This document shows positions 61,577 through 64,000 of a stretch of 64,000 nt of DNA, one piece after another. A model generated the notes under the pieces. The model was not told the DNA's origin and did no database searches. It saw only the letters and a list, made by a program, of their open reading frames with translations. Positions within the stretch are counted from its first letter, which is position 1. Each line of letters begins with the position of its first letter. Source of the DNA: an uncultured Alphaproteobacteria bacterium (GTDB lineage: Bacteria > Pseudomonadota > Alphaproteobacteria > Rhizobiales > Hyphomicrobiaceae); contig CAVSCT010000021.1 of NCBI GenBank assembly GCA_963726555.1, positions 373,302 to 437,301 on the forward strand, written 5' to 3'. The translations under genes were made by a program, and so were the position numbers.

Positions 61577-62110
61577 ATGGTCATGAAGAAGATTTTCACA
61601 GCGGCTTCGCTTGCCGCGCTGATGGCCTTCCCCGCCTTCGCGCAGGAGGCCACCACGCCGAACCCGGCGTCACCTTCCGCTCCCGTCGAGAACGTGGCCC
61701 CGGCGCCTGCGCCGAGCGCCAACCCGGCTCCTGCCACTGAGGCCGCGCCGGTCGCGACGCCCAATTCCGCGATCCCCGACAGGACCGCCGACAAGAGCCC
61801 GGCGCCCGACAAGCTCGTAGGCCTCGGCAGCGAGGTCGCCGCGTCCGATCTGTTGAACCAGAAGGTCAAGAACCCCGCCAACGAGACCGTCGGCGATATC
61901 AACGATCTCAGCATCGGCACCGACGGCAAGATCGCGGCTGTGATCATCGGCGTGGGCGGCTTTCTCGGCATGGGCGAGAAGAACGTCTCGCTGCCCTACG
62001 ACCAGCTCACCTTCTCGCGCGATGCCAAGGGCTATCTCATCGTGACGGTCAACATCACGAAGGACAGCCTGCAGTCGGCGCCCGAGTGGAAGAAGCCGGA
62101 TCGCTCGTAG
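61577..62110 (+). CDS. Exported PRC-barrel domain protein
   Basis: ASDLL...V.N..NE.VGDINDL....DGKI.AVIIGVGGFLGMGEK.V. Confidence 0.88.
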   Translation: MVMKKIFTAASLAALMAFPAFAQEATTPNPASPSAPVENVAPAPAPSANPAPATEAAPVATPNSAIPDRTADKSPAPDKLVGLGSEVAASDLLNQKVKNPANETVGDINDLSIGTDGKIAAVIIGVGGFLGMGEKNVSLPYDQLTFSRDAKGYLIVTVNITKDSLQSAPEWKKPDRS

Positions 62111-62279
62111 GACACCAATCCAAATAAGACCGCTACCCAAAGCGGCGTTTGTCTTGCGTCCAAACTTCGCGGCCCGGTGAAAACCGGGCCGCTGTTTGTC
62201 GATTGCGACGCAACCGGAGCGTCGGTGCGCCGGCCACTCCATAACGGCGTCGTTGCGGGTCACACGTTCGTGATGGCCC

Positions 62280-62304
62280 GCAACAATCCCTGCGGTCTCT
62301 CGTT
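62280..62304 (+). promoter_or_regulatory. Possible EcfG promoter
   Basis: GCAAC-N16-CGTT (one mismatch) upstream of the 62354 ORF. Confidence 0.5.
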
Positions 62305-62353
62305 AGCCAGGCGCAGACGCCCGAAAATGAGAAGGGCGCAAAAGGAGGATGTA

Positions 62354-62674
62354 ATGAAATACCTGATGATCGTTTCGAGCATGGCGCTTGGCCTGGCGAT
62401 GCCGGCCTTCGCGCAGGACGCAAAGCCGGCCGCCGACGCCGCCAAGCAGCAGGGCACGGTGCAGCCACCGACGAACCGCTTGGACAAGCTCATCCCGCCA
62501 ATGACGGGTGACGAGCATGGCGCTGCTACGGATTCTTCGTCCGGTGCCGCTAGCGGCGAGCAGGGCAAGGCTCCGCAGTCCCCGACTAAGAGCGTGGGTG
62601 CTGCTGTCCCGACCATGAAGTCGCCGAACTCGGCGAGCGACTTGTCGAGCGAGCAGCCTGCTCCGACCAAGTAA
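62354..62674 (+). CDS. Exported low-complexity hypothetical protein
   Basis: AAGGAGG RBS, signal peptide ending PAFA, two PT...(D/G)..(I/V)P.M motifs. Confidence 0.65.
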   Translation: MKYLMIVSSMALGLAMPAFAQDAKPAADAAKQQGTVQPPTNRLDKLIPPMTGDEHGAATDSSSGAASGEQGKAPQSPTKSVGAAVPTMKSPNSASDLSSEQPAPTK

Positions 62675-62698
62675 CCTCGCATTCGCTGAACTGTCGAT

Positions 62699-62729
62699 GG
62701 GCAGGCCAGATAGCTCTGGCCTGCCCTTT
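62699..62729 (+). terminator. Intrinsic terminator
   Basis: GGGCAGGCCAGA-TAGC-TCTGGCCTGCCC-TTT. Confidence 0.75.
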
Positions 62730-62830
62730 CGTTTTGCACCGCGCTGATTTGCGTGTGCCGGGCAATTCGCTATAAGGCTCGCCTCGACCAATCGATCGCG
62801 CCACGCAAGGCGCCGGCAACCCATCATCAC

Positions 62831-64000
62831 ATGGCCAAGACCAGCAAAGACGCGCGTCCCGAGCCGCGCCTGCCCAAGGGGCTTCGCGACATCGAGGCCG
62901 CCGAGCTGCGCCAGCAGCAGGACATGCTGACCAAGATCCGCGCCGTCTACGAGCGCTACGGCTTCGAGCCGCTGGAGACGCCGGCCTTCGAGTACACGGA
63001 CGCGCTGGGTAAGTTCCTCCCCGATCAGGACCGGCCCAACGAGGGGGTGTTCTCGCTGCAAGACGAAGATGAGCAGTGGCTGTCGCTGCGCTACGACCTG
63101 ACGGCGCCACTCGCGCGCTACGTGGCGCAGAATTATCAGAACCTGCCCAAGCCCTTCCGCCGCTACGCGGTCGGCAACGTGTGGCGCAACGAGAAGCCGG
63201 GACCGGGCCGCTTCCGTCAGTTCATGCAGTTCGACGCCGATACGGTGGGGGCCGAAAGCGTCGCGGCGGATGCTGAGATGTGCATGCTGGCGGCCGATAC
63301 GCTGGAGGCGCTGGGCATCAAGCGCGGCGACTACGTGATCAAGGTCAGCAGCCGATTGCTCCTGGATGGTCTCCGGGAGCGAATCGGACTTGGTGGCGAT
63401 CAAGACTATAGCAAATGGCTCACAGTCATGCGGGCTGTCGACAAGTATGATCGATTGGGTCAGTCCGGGGTTCGTGCGCTGCTGACCAAGGGTCGGAAAG
63501 ACGAGTCGGGCGACTTCACCTTGGGAGCGGGGTTAGACGAAAAAACAGCCGACAGCGTTTTTGGTTTTCTACTGTCAACGACCGAAGTTTGGACGCCCGC
63601 TGCACCATCGGCCCTGATGGTTGCGGAGGATGAGCTGCTAGAAAAGCAATCTGACGCGATGTGCTTTTGGAATAATGCGCTGCTCGTAGACACGCTCACT
63701 ACCGCCGTTCGCGGCACCCAAGCCGGTGAACGTGCAAAATCCGAGCTAACAGAATTGTTCGCGATTTTGAGAGCCGCGGGGTATGGCTCTCGGCGGATTA
63801 GACTGTCGTCAGAAGTCGTGCGCGGGCTCGAGTACTACACCGGTCCCGTGTTCGAGGCTGAGCTGACTTTCGAGGTCAAGGACGAGAAGGGCAACCCCGT
63901 CCGCTTCGGCTCGGTCGGCGGCGGCGGACGCTACGACGACCTCGTGGCGCGCTTCACCGGGCAGAAGGTGCCGGCGACCGGTTTCTCCATTGGCGTTTCG
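62831..64000 (+). CDS. hisS: Histidine--tRNA ligase (3' end outside the window; missing from the ORF track)
   Basis: [66 protein letters not shown]; frame checked open through the insertion domain. Confidence 0.95.
   Translation, partial: MAKTSKDARPEPRLPKGLRDIEAAELRQQQDMLTKIRAVYERYGFEPLETPAFEYTDALGKFLPDQDRPNEGVFSLQDEDEQWLSLRYDLTAPLARYVAQNYQNLPKPFRRYAVGNVWRNEKPGPGRFRQFMQFDADTVGAESVAADAEMCMLAADTLEALGIKRGDYVIKVSSRLLLDGLRERIGLGGDQDYSKWLTVMRAVDKYDRLGQSGVRALLTKGRKDESGDFTLGAGLDEKTADSVFGFLLSTTEVWTPAAPSALMVAEDELLEKQSDAMCFWNNALLVDTLTTAVRGTQAGERAKSELTELFAILRAAGYGSRRIRLSSEVVRGLEYYTGPVFEAELTFEVKDEKGNPVRFGSVGGGGRYDDLVARFTGQKVPATGFSIGVS

Overview
High-GC alphaproteobacterial chromosome segment, most like Hyphomicrobiales/Hyphomicrobiaceae. 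This is inferred from gene content (PhyR-NepR-EcfG, HWE kinases, msbA/waaA/lpxK cluster). Many genes are broken by single-base indels that cluster in blocks (about 0.7-9 kb, 16.9 kb, 30 kb, 34 kb, 51-55 kb) and hit housekeeping genes, so most are probably consensus errors rather than real pseudogenes. Positions 1-33.4 kb are core genome: cytochrome c with lutABC, gshA, rsmE, ubiA, a lipid A cluster (msbA, CtpA-like phosphatase, a DUF374/LpxJ-WaaA fusion, lpxK), xseA, purD, RNA-modification genes, mutL, ArsR-SRPBCC, a PagL-like gene, a periplasmic thioredoxin-CcdA-cytochrome b-molybdoenzyme operon with msrB, an M16 peptidase pair and hsp20. Positions 33.5-50.4 kb are a ~16.9 kb lower-GC island integrated at tRNA-Leu(CAG), with a P4-type integrase, a 22/23-bp att repeat and partly decayed cargo, including a tyrosine recombinase gene whose segments are shuffled. 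Positions 51-62.7 kb are an expanded general-stress-response locus with an unusual convergent phyR/ecfG layout, a second NepR-like gene and a dense set of EcfG-type promoters. The window ends in a partial hisS whose insertion domain has foreign-looking codon usage. All family assignments come from recognising motifs by eye; no database searches were run.
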